Assembly (NCBI GenBank): GCA_965223845.1
Contig: CBDCXR010000004.1
Coordinates: 5,440,001-5,504,000 of the forward strand
DNA from: Planctomycetota bacterium
GTDB lineage: Bacteria; Planctomycetota; UBA8108; SXIK01
Length of the DNA stretch: 64,000 nt
Direction of reading: 5' to 3'
Below the pieces are notes generated by a model. The model saw nothing but the letters and a program-made list of their open reading frames with translations. It did not search any database and had not been told where the DNA came from. Positions 22,772 through 32,882 of the stretch are shown piece by piece. Within the stretch, counting starts at the first letter, position 1; every line of letters starts with the position of its first letter. The position numbers and the translations under genes were made by a program.

Positions 22772-25700
22772 ATGCCGCGAATCGCGCTCCTCGTCTTGTC
22801 TTCGCTCGGAGCGAGCACGAGCATCCACGCCGGCGTTCGATTGAGCGAGGTGATGTACCACCCACCGCTCGAGGCGCTCGAGTTCGTCGAGATCGCGAAC
22901 GACGGCGATCAAGTGGTCGAACTTTCGGGATGGCAGTTCATCGACGGAATCGTCTTCGAGTTCCCCGCGGGGAGCGAGATCGCCGGCGGTGAGCACATCG
23001 TCATTTGCCGCGACCCGGAAGCCTTCGGCGCGGTGTACGAAGTCACCGGCCAGCTCTTCGGCCCGTACGCCGGAGCGCTCGCGAACGGCGGCGAGCGCGT
23101 CGCACTCGCGGCGCCGGGAGACGAGGTCGCAGATGCGCTCATCTACGATGATCGCGCTCCGTTCGATCCACGCGCGGACGGCGCGGGACGTTCGCTCGAA
23201 CGAGTGTGCCTAGCGCAGGACGCGGCGGTCGTAGGGAATTGGCGAGCGTCGCTCGTCGATGGCGGAACTCCATTCGCCGCTGGGGAAAGCGTCTGTCCTC
23301 CGCCGCTTCCCGAATCGGGAAGCCCTGTCGTCGTCACCGAAATCCACTACCACCCCTCCGGCGAAGCCGATCCCGCGGGTGAGTTTCTCGAGCTCTACAA
23401 TCGTGACGTCGCCGCCGTCGATCTCGCCGGATGGCGTCTATCGGGTGCCGTCGAGTACCGCTTCACGCCCGGCGATGCGCCGACGTCGATCGCGCCCGGA
23501 GAGTTTCTCCTCGTCGCCCGACATCCGGGCGAGCTCGCCGCTGCGACTGGGATCGACGCACTGGCGATCGCTGGACCGTACGAAGGAGTGCTCTCGAACT
23601 ATCGCGATGACGTCGAGCTTCGCGATGCGGACGATCGCGTCGTCGATTTCATCGAGTATCGACAAGACGGCGTTTGGCCGGCACTCGCCGACGGACTTGG
23701 AGCGAGCCTTCAGCGTGTCGACGCCGATGTCTCCGGATCACTGCCGCAGAACTGGGCGGTTTCGCACGACTGCAGACGCGAAGAGACCTGCGTGCTCGTC
23801 GAGAACGGCACGATCGTAAGCTGGTTCGAGAACCTCGACGGTTCCGATCCTGGTTTCATCGGCGACTCCGCCTGGTACGCGACGGACTTCGATGCCGATC
23901 TAAACGGCTGGAATCGCGGTCCCTTCGCGGTCGGGTACGACACCCGGGATCCCGACGGTCAACCGTGGATCCTCACGAGCTCGACCGCCGAGGCGGGTCT
24001 CCACTCGATCCTCCTCCGCATCGAATTCGATTACGACCCCGCTGTCGATTGCGGCGCCCAGATCCCCGTTCTCGCCGCCGATTGGGACGACGGCTTCATC
24101 GCGTGGTTGAACGGTGACGAGATCGCGCGGCGCGGAATGCTCGACTCGCCCGGAACCGAGCCGGAGTTCGACGGCGAGTACCGCGCCGAGGTCGTCACCG
24201 CGCAAGGGTTTCGCGAATCGGAGCCGGTCTATCAAGTCGTTTGGTCGGGCACGGCGGCCGATCTTCGCGCGGGACGAAACGTGATCGCGATCGGAAACTA
24301 CAACTCTCGCCCAACGAGCTCCGACCTCTATTTGAGCGCGCGACTGAATCTCGGCTCGGCCCGAACGGATGATGCGGCTACGCCCGGTGCACCGAGCTCG
24401 CTCGGATTCTCCACCGTCCCGCCTCTCGTCGCATCGGCCGATCACGATCCCGCCGAGCCGACATCCGCCGACGCGGTACGGATACTCAGCCGCATCGAAG
24501 GTCCGGACGTCGACAGCGTCGAGGTCATCACCGACGCGGGCGACGGAACGGAGGTCGTCGCGATGCGGGACGATGGCGCCGGCCCCGACGACGTCGCCGG
24601 CGACGGAATCTACAGCGCGCTTCTTCCTCCGCGCCCCGACCAGACCCTCGTTCGCTATCGCATCGAGGCCCGAGCCGGGCGGTCCGAATGTCCCGCGTCG
24701 TTTCCGCCGCAGGGAAACCCCTCGCCGTTCACTGGTTATCTCGTCGCCGACGACCGTCCCGCCACCGCCGGCGAAGTGCATCTCTTCCACATCTCTACGC
24801 CGGGAGCGCTCCGCGATCTTTCGTGCGCCGATGGCGCGTGGACGGGAGGAACTCTCGTCGACCATCGCGGCCGCGCGCACTTCGACGTCGGCGTCAAGTT
24901 CCGCGGAGCCACGGCGTGCAATTATCCGAAGAAACCGCTCCGCGTGCGCTTCAACAAGGGAGATCTCCTCGACGGCAAGTCGCGCCTCAATTTCAACGCG
25001 GGCTGGAACGACAAGGGGATGCTCCGCGAGAAGCTGACCTACGACTTCTTTCGCGACGCGGGTGTGCCGTACTCCGAGACGCACATGGCGCGCGTCCACA
25101 CGAACGGCGGTGCGTTTCACGGTGTCTTCTTCACGATCGAGGATCCTTCGACCGAATACCTGCGACGGAACGACTGGGACGACGACGCGCCTCTCTACAA
25201 GTGTTTCACCGCGATGCTGAACGGCTCGACCGCCGGCTACGAACCGCGCACTCGTTCGGCCGAGGAGCGAATCACCGAGATCGGCGCGTTCGCCTCCGAG
25301 CTGAACTCTACGAGCGGGGCAGCGCTCATCGAGTTTCTCGGCGAACGCCTTCACGTCGAAGCGATGATCGACTACCAAGTCGTCCAGGCGGTGGTCATCG
25401 ATCTCGATTCCGTGACGAAGAACTGGCTCCTCTATCTCGGCCCGCACGGGCGCGGCAAGACGGGGCCGGATCGAGTAGCGGTGTTCGCCTGGGATCTCGA
25501 TCTCACATGGGGACAACGCCGTCTAACGACGGACGTTCGCAGCCACATCGAGCACCCGCTCCTCCATACGCAGACGTACCCTTTCACCGACCAAGGGCAT
25601 CACGGCATCGTCAACGCGCTCCTTCAGCGTGCGCCGGACGACTACTTCGTAAGGGCCCACTACGGGAGGATGTGGAATCTCCTCCAGGAGAAGTTCCACC

Positions 25701-27256
25701 CCGACGTTCTCCTCCCGAAGATCGATCGCTACGGCATCGCGACGCTTCCTCACGTCGAAGACGATTCGGAGAAGTGGCCGCGCACTTGGGGCGCGCGCGG
25801 AGATGATCCCGAGTTTTGGCGGGAAGATCTCCGCGCCTGGGCCGTCCGGCGGTTCGAGTACCTCACGGAGTTTCTCACATCGGATCGACCGACCACGCAG
25901 GGTCGTCGATTCCGTTACGCTCCGGCGCCTCGAATCAAGTTCTCCGAGATTCACTACAACCCCGAAGGAAACTCGGAAGAGCTGGAATTCGTCGAGCTGC
26001 GGAGTCTCGAAGCGAGTGCGATCGACATCTCCGGCTGGACCATTCCGGCGATCGAGTTCACGTTTCCCGCGGGAAGCGAAATCGCGGCCGAGGGATTCGT
26101 CATCGTGGCTCGGAATCCGGCCGCTCTCCGCTCGGCAGTCGCGGTAGCGGACGATCTTCCCGTCTTCGGGCCCTACGCCGGAAACCTCCGAAACGGAGGC
26201 GAGGAGCTGCGCCTTCGCGACGGTGGCGACGCGCGCGAGCGGCCCGATTTCCCCGAAACGATCGACGTCGTCCGCTACGACGACGCAGCGCCGTGGCCGG
26301 AAGCGGCCGACGGCGACGGATTCTCACTCGAGCTCGAGACACTCGAGCTCGACAACGATCTCGCGACGAGCTGGCGATCGTCACGGGAACGCGGCGGGTC
26401 ACCCGGCTCGCTCGAGCGGACGTCCGCCGCGCCGGAAATCGTTCTCACGGTCGATCCCGTGACCGGCGTCGCACCACTCCGAGTGGCCTTCGACGCCTCG
26501 CAGTCGCGCGATCCGTCGGGCGGCGAGCTCACTTTCGCCTGGGACTTCGGAGACGGTATCGCGGGGGCTGGCGCGGCTGTCTCGCGCACTTATCGAAATC
26601 CGGGAACGTACCGAGGCTCGGTGACCGCCACCGGCGCAGCGGGTAACGCGACGCGCGAGTTTGAAGTCGTCGTCCTCAGCGATGAAGCGCCGGTGATCTC
26701 CCTCCGCGTCGTTCCACTCTCCGGACCGGCGCCGCTCGAGGTGCGAGGCGACGCTGCCGGCTCGGTGTCCCCTCGCGGGCGCGAGCTCTCGTTTGCTTGG
26801 GACTTCGGCGACGGAATCGTCGGGGCGGGTGCCGACGTCGCCCACACGTACCGTGAGCCCGGTCGGTACACAGGACGCCTGACCGCGAGCGACGGCGAGC
26901 TCGAAAGCACGAAATCATTCGAGGTTGTCGTTGAATCGGGCATCGTTCTCTTCCATCGTGGGGACGCGAACGAGGATGGGGGCGTCAATCTCGCCGACGG
27001 GGTCTACGTGCTCAACTTTCTCTTCGGCGACGGCCCCGAACCGGCGTGTCGAGAGGCGGCGAACGCAAACGACGATCGATCGCTCGATGTCGCCGATCCC
27101 ATTTTTCTCTTCAACTTTCTCTTCGGCGACGGCGATCCGATTCCGTCGCCCGGTCCGGCCTCGCTCCCGTGTGGCAGCGATCCGCCGGAATCTCCAGCAA
27201 ACCTCGGGTGTGAGGTCTACGAAGGTTGCAGGAACCCTGACGCGGAAGCGCGATGA
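22772..27256 (+). CDS. Secreted CotH-family kinase with lamin-tail domains, two PKD domains and C-terminal dockerin-like module
   Basis: Signal peptide; three (S/T)E(V/I)(M/H)Y(H/N)P..EF(V/L)E lamin-tail starts; CotH motifs VKFRG, KKPLRVRF, LREKL, KNWLLY, AWDLDLTWG; FAWDFGDG x2; RGDANEDGGVNLAD dockerin-like tail. Confidence 0.88.
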   Translation: MPRIALLVLSSLGASTSIHAGVRLSEVMYHPPLEALEFVEIANDGDQVVELSGWQFIDGIVFEFPAGSEIAGGEHIVICRDPEAFGAVYEVTGQLFGPYAGALANGGERVALAAPGDEVADALIYDDRAPFDPRADGAGRSLERVCLAQDAAVVGNWRASLVDGGTPFAAGESVCPPPLPESGSPVVVTEIHYHPSGEADPAGEFLELYNRDVAAVDLAGWRLSGAVEYRFTPGDAPTSIAPGEFLLVARHPGELAAATGIDALAIAGPYEGVLSNYRDDVELRDADDRVVDFIEYRQDGVWPALADGLGASLQRVDADVSGSLPQNWAVSHDCRREETCVLVENGTIVSWFENLDGSDPGFIGDSAWYATDFDADLNGWNRGPFAVGYDTRDPDGQPWILTSSTAEAGLHSILLRIEFDYDPAVDCGAQIPVLAADWDDGFIAWLNGDEIARRGMLDSPGTEPEFDGEYRAEVVTAQGFRESEPVYQVVWSGTAADLRAGRNVIAIGNYNSRPTSSDLYLSARLNLGSARTDDAATPGAPSSLGFSTVPPLVASADHDPAEPTSADAVRILSRIEGPDVDSVEVITDAGDGTEVVAMRDDGAGPDDVAGDGIYSALLPPRPDQTLVRYRIEARAGRSECPASFPPQGNPSPFTGYLVADDRPATAGEVHLFHISTPGALRDLSCADGAWTGGTLVDHRGRAHFDVGVKFRGATACNYPKKPLRVRFNKGDLLDGKSRLNFNAGWNDKGMLREKLTYDFFRDAGVPYSETHMARVHTNGGAFHGVFFTIEDPSTEYLRRNDWDDDAPLYKCFTAMLNGSTAGYEPRTRSAEERITEIGAFASELNSTSGAALIEFLGERLHVEAMIDYQVVQAVVIDLDSVTKNWLLYLGPHGRGKTGPDRVAVFAWDLDLTWGQRRLTTDVRSHIEHPLLHTQTYPFTDQGHHGIVNALLQRAPDDYFVRAHYGRMWNLLQEKFHPDVLLPKIDRYGIATLPHVEDDSEKWPRTWGARGDDPEFWREDLRAWAVRRFEYLTEFLTSDRPTTQGRRFRYAPAPRIKFSEIHYNPEGNSEELEFVELRSLEASAIDISGWTIPAIEFTFPAGSEIAAEGFVIVARNPAALRSAVAVADDLPVFGPYAGNLRNGGEELRLRDGGDARERPDFPETIDVVRYDDAAPWPEAADGDGFSLELETLELDNDLATSWRSSRERGGSPGSLERTSAAPEIVLTVDPVTGVAPLRVAFDASQSRDPSGGELTFAWDFGDGIAGAGAAVSRTYRNPGTYRGSVTATGAAGNATREFEVVVLSDEAPVISLRVVPLSGPAPLEVRGDAAGSVSPRGRELSFAWDFGDGIVGAGADVAHTYREPGRYTGRLTASDGELESTKSFEVVVESGIVLFHRGDANEDGGVNLADGVYVLNFLFGDGPEPACREAANANDDRSLDVADPIFLFNFLFGDGDPIPSPGPASLPCGSDPPESPANLGCEVYEGCRNPDAEAR

Positions 27257-27350
27257 ATCGGACGCACGATGGGTGAGTGTACCCACGTCCGGTCTGACGA
27301 AAACTCGCGTGCGTGCAGGGAGCGAGCCAAACGAAGGAGGTAGGGTCCCC

Positions 27351-29042
27351 ATGCGAGCGGCATCTCGATCGGTATTGGCAGTATTGATTCTGGGTCTCCC
27401 GACGGCGGTACATGCGCAGGTATTCGCACCCAATCCCGCCTTGACGTTCTCCGCCGAGCTCACCATCGCCGAGGTCGGCGAGCTCGCCGCGTTCAACGCC
27501 GACCCCGACGGCGGAACACCGGCAACGACGGGACGTACGAACCTCGCGCTCGCGGCAAACGGTGGAGTCGGGTTCGAGTCGAGCCGCATCGCAGCGAGCT
27601 ACGGGGACGACAAGCTCAACAACGGAGTCTACGGAGCCGGTCTCCCCGACATCGACGACGGGACGAGACCCTGGATCAACTCCGCCGTCGAAATCGACGG
27701 TTTCGCCGGCGTCGCGCTCAGCGCCGCGTCGACCGTCGGTGCCATTGGCTTCGGGAGCCGCTTCCCCTCCCGATCCGACGGTCTCTTTACGCTTCAAGTC
27801 ACGACCGATGACCTCACCGGTGTCGATCTCGAGGATCTCGCGGCAACGGGCGCGCTCGGCTGGTCGTCCGTGGGCAACGTCGAGTCGACGACTGGGGGCG
27901 AATTCGGCCGGCACGTCGTTCAGTTCACACCGGTCGACGATGTCACCGCGGTCCGCATCGTCGTTTCGCAGGGCGGCACGACCATCACCGAGATCGAGGC
28001 GTACGCCTCGGTCGACGTCGTCTTCCGCCCGCCCGAGCTCGGCCCTCAGGCCGATCCGACGGCGTACACCCAGGCCATCCTCGCCGACGGTCCGATCCAC
28101 TACTACCGCTTCGAAGAAACCGCCGCGCACCATTTCGCGCGCGACGAGATCGGCGATCAACACGGCCTCTACTCGGGCGGGAGCAGCTTCGGTGGAGCGA
28201 GCGCCACCGGCGTTCTCGGAAGCGCCGCGACGTTCAACGGGCTACCCGGCTCCTTCATCGATCTCGGGACCCCGTTTCACCCGGGGCCGACGATGTCCGT
28301 CGAGGCTTGGGTCAATCTCGACGAGGACTCCACCGTCGCGTTCGCGCCGATCGCGGCACGCTGGGACGGAAGCTTTGAGATCGACTTCAACGAGAGCTCG
28401 GGAAAGCTCAACTTCGTGACGCGGAACGAGGTCAATACATTCAGCCTCGCCGAGAGTGAGGCCCCGTTTACGAAGGGTGAATGGCATCACGTCGTGGGAG
28501 TCTTCGAGAACGGCATCACCACCGTCTATCTGAACGGAGTTCAGGGAACCTCCGTCGACGTCTCGGATACCGGACCGGCGCTTCAGGACGCGGGCGCGAC
28601 TCTCCTCATCGGCTCGACGCGCGACGGCAACGCGTTCAATTGGAAAGGCGTCATCGACGAAGTCGCGTTCTACGATTACGCCCTGAGCGAGGTTCAAGTC
28701 GCCGCGCACTTCGCCGCGGCGTCGGAGGATCTCGTCCCGCAAATCATCGGCGACTGCAACCAAGACGGCGATTTCAATGTCGGCGACATCGTCTGCGGCG
28801 TCGGGCTTCTCTTCCCGGGCTTTCTCCTCCTCGACGGCGGGGGGCTGCTCCCGCCGTGCGGTCTGAGCGAGCTCGGAAACGGCGCGATCCTCGACGTGAA
28901 CGGCGATCTCGCGCTCGATCTCGCCGATGTCGTCTACGCGGCGAATTACCTCTTCGGCGGTGGACCACCCCCGGTGCGAGGTGCAGGCTGCGTGGGGATT
29001 CCAGAAGACCTCGGTTGCCTGCAGAATCAAGGTTGTCAGTAG
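27351..29042 (+). CDS. Secreted protein A: discoidin/F5-8-like domain, LamG, variant dockerin-like module
   Basis: AAGGAGG RBS; signal peptide VHA-Q; NLAL..AVRIVV..ITEIEAY beta-sandwich; PIHYYRFEE..WHHVVG..IDEVAFY LamG; GDCNQDGDFNVGD / DVNGDLALDLAD. Confidence 0.85.
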   Translation: MRAASRSVLAVLILGLPTAVHAQVFAPNPALTFSAELTIAEVGELAAFNADPDGGTPATTGRTNLALAANGGVGFESSRIAASYGDDKLNNGVYGAGLPDIDDGTRPWINSAVEIDGFAGVALSAASTVGAIGFGSRFPSRSDGLFTLQVTTDDLTGVDLEDLAATGALGWSSVGNVESTTGGEFGRHVVQFTPVDDVTAVRIVVSQGGTTITEIEAYASVDVVFRPPELGPQADPTAYTQAILADGPIHYYRFEETAAHHFARDEIGDQHGLYSGGSSFGGASATGVLGSAATFNGLPGSFIDLGTPFHPGPTMSVEAWVNLDEDSTVAFAPIAARWDGSFEIDFNESSGKLNFVTRNEVNTFSLAESEAPFTKGEWHHVVGVFENGITTVYLNGVQGTSVDVSDTGPALQDAGATLLIGSTRDGNAFNWKGVIDEVAFYDYALSEVQVAAHFAAASEDLVPQIIGDCNQDGDFNVGDIVCGVGLLFPGFLLLDGGGLLPPCGLSELGNGAILDVNGDLALDLADVVYAANYLFGGGPPPVRGAGCVGIPEDLGCLQNQGCQ

Positions 29043-29047
29043 TCGTC

Positions 29048-29120
29048 CGCCGTCCCGCGGCGGATGGACTCGTGAATCGGCGATCGCCGATTCCGCGCGT
29101 CCGTCCGCCGCGGGACGGCG
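29048..29120. other. Long intergenic GC-rich hairpin (73 nt)
   Basis: 22-bp arms (29048-29069 / 29099-29120, one G-U pair) enclose a perfect 20-bp palindrome GAATCGGCGATCGCCGATTC; no U-tract follows. Confidence 0.75.
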
Positions 29121-29156
29121 ATCTGATGCGCCCCAACCCGCTCCCGGAGAAATCGT

Positions 29157-32100
29157 ATGCGCCGAGTCGGAGTCCCTCGCCGAAGCAGCTTGGGCAGAGC
29201 TGTGGCCGTATTCGTGGCGCTCGCGGGCACGACCGCGGAGGCTCAGATCTTCGCGCCGAATCCCGCGCTCACGTTCTCGGCCGAGCTCGAAGTCGTCGAG
29301 ACCGATCAGCGATCGGAATTCAACGCGAACCCGGACGGGGGCACGGAGGCTACGGACGGAAAGACGAACTTCGCGCTCGCGACAAACGGCGGCGTCGGGT
29401 TCGAGTCGACTCGCATCTCGGAGACGTACGGCGACGACAAGATCAACAACGGTTCCTACGGGGCCGGCTTTCCGGACGTCGATGACGAGACGCGCCCTTG
29501 GATCAACGCCGACGCCGACTCGCCGGGATTCGTCGGCGTTCTGCTTCCCGAGGCCTTCGATATCAATGCGATCGGATTCGGGAGTCGCTTCACGTCTCGT
29601 TCCGACGGCACGTTTACGCTCGAGGTCACGTCGGATCCGTTCGACGGGCTCGACCTCGAGAATCCGGCGGACACGAACTCCGTCGCCTGGCAATTCGTCG
29701 GTGAGCTCGAATCGACCACTGGAGCTGAATTCGGGCGTCATCTCGTCGTATTCGAACCGGTCGAGGGGGTCACCGCCGTGCGCATCGTGGTGTCTCAGGG
29801 CGGGACGACCGTCACGGAGATCGAGGCCTACGAAGGAATCGACTTTCGCCCTCCCCCGCCGCCCGACCCCGATCCACCGGCCGCGCCGACCGCGTACACG
29901 GGCGCCGTGCTCGAGGACAACCCGGTTCACTACTATCGCTTCGAGGAAACTCACACCCAGCAGCCGGCGAAGGACGAGGGCACGGGCGAAGAGCGCCACG
30001 GCGCGTATCTCGGAGGTGTCGCGGCCGGCAAGCCTAGCGGCTTCGTCGACCTCGGCTTCGCGGCGGAGTTCGACGGTAATGCGGGCTCACTCGTCGACCT
30101 CGGCGCGCCGTTTCATCTCGGCGCGTCGGCCACGATCGAGGCCTGGGTACTCCTCGACCCCACCGCGCCCGCGGCGTTCCATCCGATCGTCGCGCGCTGG
30201 GACGGAAGCTACGAGCTCGACGTGAACGAGGGAACCGGGCGTGCGAACTTCGTCACCCGAAACACGGCAAACGAGTTCGCGCTCGCCGAGAGCCTCGACG
30301 CGTTCACGAAAGGTGAGTGGCACCACCTCGTCGGCATTTTCGACGAGGGGATGACGACGGTCTACGTCGACGGTGTTCAGGGCTCGATCATCGATACGTC
30401 CGCCTCGGGCATCGACCTCCAAGATTCCGGCCCGACGCTCTTCATCGGCGCTACGCGCGACGGAACTGCGTTTGTTTGGAAGGGTCTCATCGACGAAGTC
30501 GCACTCTACGACTACGCCCTCAGCGAAGAGCAGATCGCGCGACACATCGCGGTCGCGCGCGGTGGCTGCGAAGAGGTCGCCGATCGCGTCTCGATCAGCG
30601 GGGATTCGCTCGCGACCACGACGGACGCGGTGGACTTGTCGGCTTCGTTCAGCGGCGCCGAACCCGGCGCGGTGGTCGAGTACGAGTGGAGCGTCGACTC
30701 CGGACCCGGAATGCTCGAATCGACCGATGGCGAATCGACTCGCGTGAGTGCGACCGCCGCGGGCGACGTCGTCGTCCGCGTTCGCGCGAACGACGGAGTG
30801 TGCGCGACCTTCGTCGAAGCGACTCACAGCATCCGTTTTCTCGGCGCCGGCGATCCTCCCGCGGAGCCGACCGCGTACACCGAAGCGGTCTTAGCGGATT
30901 CGCCGGTCCACTACTACCGCTTCGAGGAGTTGGACGCGGCCCAATTCGCAAAGGACGAGATCGGAGAGAGCGAGCTGGGCGATCATCCCGGGATCTACGA
31001 AGGAGATGCGACCGTCGGCGAACCGAGTTTTTCGCCCTTACTCGGGAACGCGTGTCGATTCAGCGGCACTCCCGGCACCCTCGTCAACCTCGGCTCGCCG
31101 TTCCACCTCGGCTCGACGGTGAGCGTCGAAGCGTGGGTCTGGCTGGATCCAGCGGCAGCATCGGCGTTTCATCCCATCGCCGCACGCTGGGACGGAAGCT
31201 ACGAGCTCGACTTCAACGAGGGCACCGGCAACGCGAACTTCGTCACCCGAAACTCGGGAAACGAGTTCGCTCTCGCCGAGAGTTTGTCTCCGTTCACGAA
31301 GGGCGAATGGCATCACGTAGTCGGGATCTTCGACGAAGGAATCTCGACCGTTTACATAGACGGGATGCAAGGGACCGAGGTCGACACTTCCGCAACGGGA
31401 TTCGATCTGCAAGATCGCGGCGGTACGCTTCTCATCGGCTCGACTCGCGACGGATCGACCTTTCTTTGGACCGGCCTCATCGACGAAGTCGCGTTCTACG
31501 ACTACGCCCTGTCCGAGGATCAAATCCTCGGACACATCGCCGCCTCCGGGACGCACTGCGACGAGGACGTCGATTCCGTCGCGATCGACGGCGCGGAGCT
31601 CGCGTTCACGGGCGAGCCCCTCGAGCTCACCGCCGAGTTCTCTGGAGCCGACCCGGGCGGTGAGGTCGTCTACGAATGGTCGATCGTAAGCGGTCCGGCC
31701 GACGTGGAGGCGGGAGCCGGTGTCGCAGCGACGCTGACGTGCTCCGGCGCCGGCGACGTCGTCGTTCGCGTCGATGCCGACGACGGCGCCTGCGAGGAAA
31801 ACGGCGGCGCGACGGCGATCCGGGAGATTTGCTGCGAATCGCGCGACGTCCTCACGATCGACGGTCCGACCGCTGCTCCGCTCGACGCGGAGGTGCTGCT
31901 CACCGCGCAGTTCGAGGGCATCGACGGTGAAGCACCCAGCTACGAATGGACTCTCGTGAGCGGTGTAACGTCGTTCGAGGATCTCGGTGGAGGATCCCTC
32001 CGCGTCACTTGCGTCGAGGAGGGGGAGGTCGTCTTCCGCGCCTCCGTGGGTGACGGGGCGTGCGAAGACACCGCAGAGGTCGAAGTCACGCTCGCCTGCG

Positions 32101-32396
32101 GAGTGGACGGAATCGGACCCTTCAGCCGCGGTGACTGCAACAACGACGGCGCCGCGAACATCGCCGACGGGATCTTCCTTCTCAACTTCCTCTTCGGTGA
32201 CGGCGCTACGCCGCGGTGCGACGCGGCCTGCGATTCCGGAGCGGGAGGCAGCCTCAACATCGCAACTGCGATCTACCTCTTCAATCACCTCTTCGGCACC
32301 GGCGATCCTCCGCCGGCGCCGTTCGAGACCTGCGAAATCTCGGCGCGGGAGAGTGATCTCGCGATCGGGTGCCAGAACCCTCAAGACTGTCTGTAG
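29157..32396 (+). CDS. Secreted protein B: discoidin-like domain, LamG, Ig/PKD-like, LamG, two Ig/PKD-like, dockerin-like module
   Basis: N-terminal domain paralogous to protein A; two PVHYYRFEE LamG domains; YEWS/YEWT Ig-like repeats; FSRGDCNNDGAANIAD tail. Confidence 0.87.
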   Translation: MRRVGVPRRSSLGRAVAVFVALAGTTAEAQIFAPNPALTFSAELEVVETDQRSEFNANPDGGTEATDGKTNFALATNGGVGFESTRISETYGDDKINNGSYGAGFPDVDDETRPWINADADSPGFVGVLLPEAFDINAIGFGSRFTSRSDGTFTLEVTSDPFDGLDLENPADTNSVAWQFVGELESTTGAEFGRHLVVFEPVEGVTAVRIVVSQGGTTVTEIEAYEGIDFRPPPPPDPDPPAAPTAYTGAVLEDNPVHYYRFEETHTQQPAKDEGTGEERHGAYLGGVAAGKPSGFVDLGFAAEFDGNAGSLVDLGAPFHLGASATIEAWVLLDPTAPAAFHPIVARWDGSYELDVNEGTGRANFVTRNTANEFALAESLDAFTKGEWHHLVGIFDEGMTTVYVDGVQGSIIDTSASGIDLQDSGPTLFIGATRDGTAFVWKGLIDEVALYDYALSEEQIARHIAVARGGCEEVADRVSISGDSLATTTDAVDLSASFSGAEPGAVVEYEWSVDSGPGMLESTDGESTRVSATAAGDVVVRVRANDGVCATFVEATHSIRFLGAGDPPAEPTAYTEAVLADSPVHYYRFEELDAAQFAKDEIGESELGDHPGIYEGDATVGEPSFSPLLGNACRFSGTPGTLVNLGSPFHLGSTVSVEAWVWLDPAAASAFHPIAARWDGSYELDFNEGTGNANFVTRNSGNEFALAESLSPFTKGEWHHVVGIFDEGISTVYIDGMQGTEVDTSATGFDLQDRGGTLLIGSTRDGSTFLWTGLIDEVAFYDYALSEDQILGHIAASGTHCDEDVDSVAIDGAELAFTGEPLELTAEFSGADPGGEVVYEWSIVSGPADVEAGAGVAATLTCSGAGDVVVRVDADDGACEENGGATAIREICCESRDVLTIDGPTAAPLDAEVLLTAQFEGIDGEAPSYEWTLVSGVTSFEDLGGGSLRVTCVEEGEVVFRASVGDGACEDTAEVEVTLACGVDGIGPFSRGDCNNDGAANIADGIFLLNFLFGDGATPRCDAACDSGAGGSLNIATAIYLFNHLFGTGDPPPAPFETCEISARESDLAIGCQNPQDCL

Positions 32397-32453
32397 TCGG
32401 CAAAGGAAACACCTTCCCTGCCAGCTCTCCGATCGCGCTCTGGAGGAACGTGA

Positions 32454-32786
32454 GACGGCGACCCCGAAAGCACGACATCATTCGAAGGTTGTCGTTGATT
32501 CGAGCGGGGTTCTCTCCCATCGTGGATGCGAGCCCACCTCGTCTACGGGATTTTCGTACTCAATTTTCTCTTCGGCGATGGCTCTGAACCAGAGTGCCAC
32601 GAGGCGACAAAAGCGAACGACAATCGCTCGCTGTCGCCGATCCCCTCTCTCTCTACGGCGACGGCGACCCGCTTCCGCCGCCCGGCCCGGCGATGCTCCC
32701 GAGCGGACGCCCTCCGCCGGAATCTCCAGCGAACCTCGGATGTGAGATCTACGAAGGTTGCGTGCCCTGCTGCGGAACGGCGATGA
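32454..32786 (+). pseudogene. Degenerate duplicated fragment of the 3' end (dockerin region) of the CotH gene
   Basis: Aligns by eye with 26891-27256 (CGAAAGCACGA..TCATTCGA..GTTGTCGTTGA; CTCAATTTTCTCTTCGGCGA; CCGCCGGAATCTCCAGC.AACCTCGG) but carries indels and frameshifts. Confidence 0.8.
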
Positions 32787-32882
32787 ATCGACAGCGCTTT
32801 GAGTTAGCGTACCCACGTCGGGTCTGACGAGAAGTCGCCTGCGTACAGGGGGGTCGAGCCATACGAAGGAGGCTAGGTCACC

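Noticed and set aside
27255-27277. GAATC..GGGTGA / GAATC..GAGTTA upstream of genes A and C as further copies of the 16160 motif
   Set aside because: The spacing differs (11 versus 13 nt) and the middle is unrelated. This is too weak without a genome-wide motif test.
27280-27350. CTGACGA in the 5' UTRs of genes A and C (also ~32824) suggested a hammerhead ribozyme
   Set aside because: There is no correctly placed GAAA (it is GAAG, part of the RBS) and no consistent stems I-III. The similarity between the two UTRs is explained by the segmental duplication.
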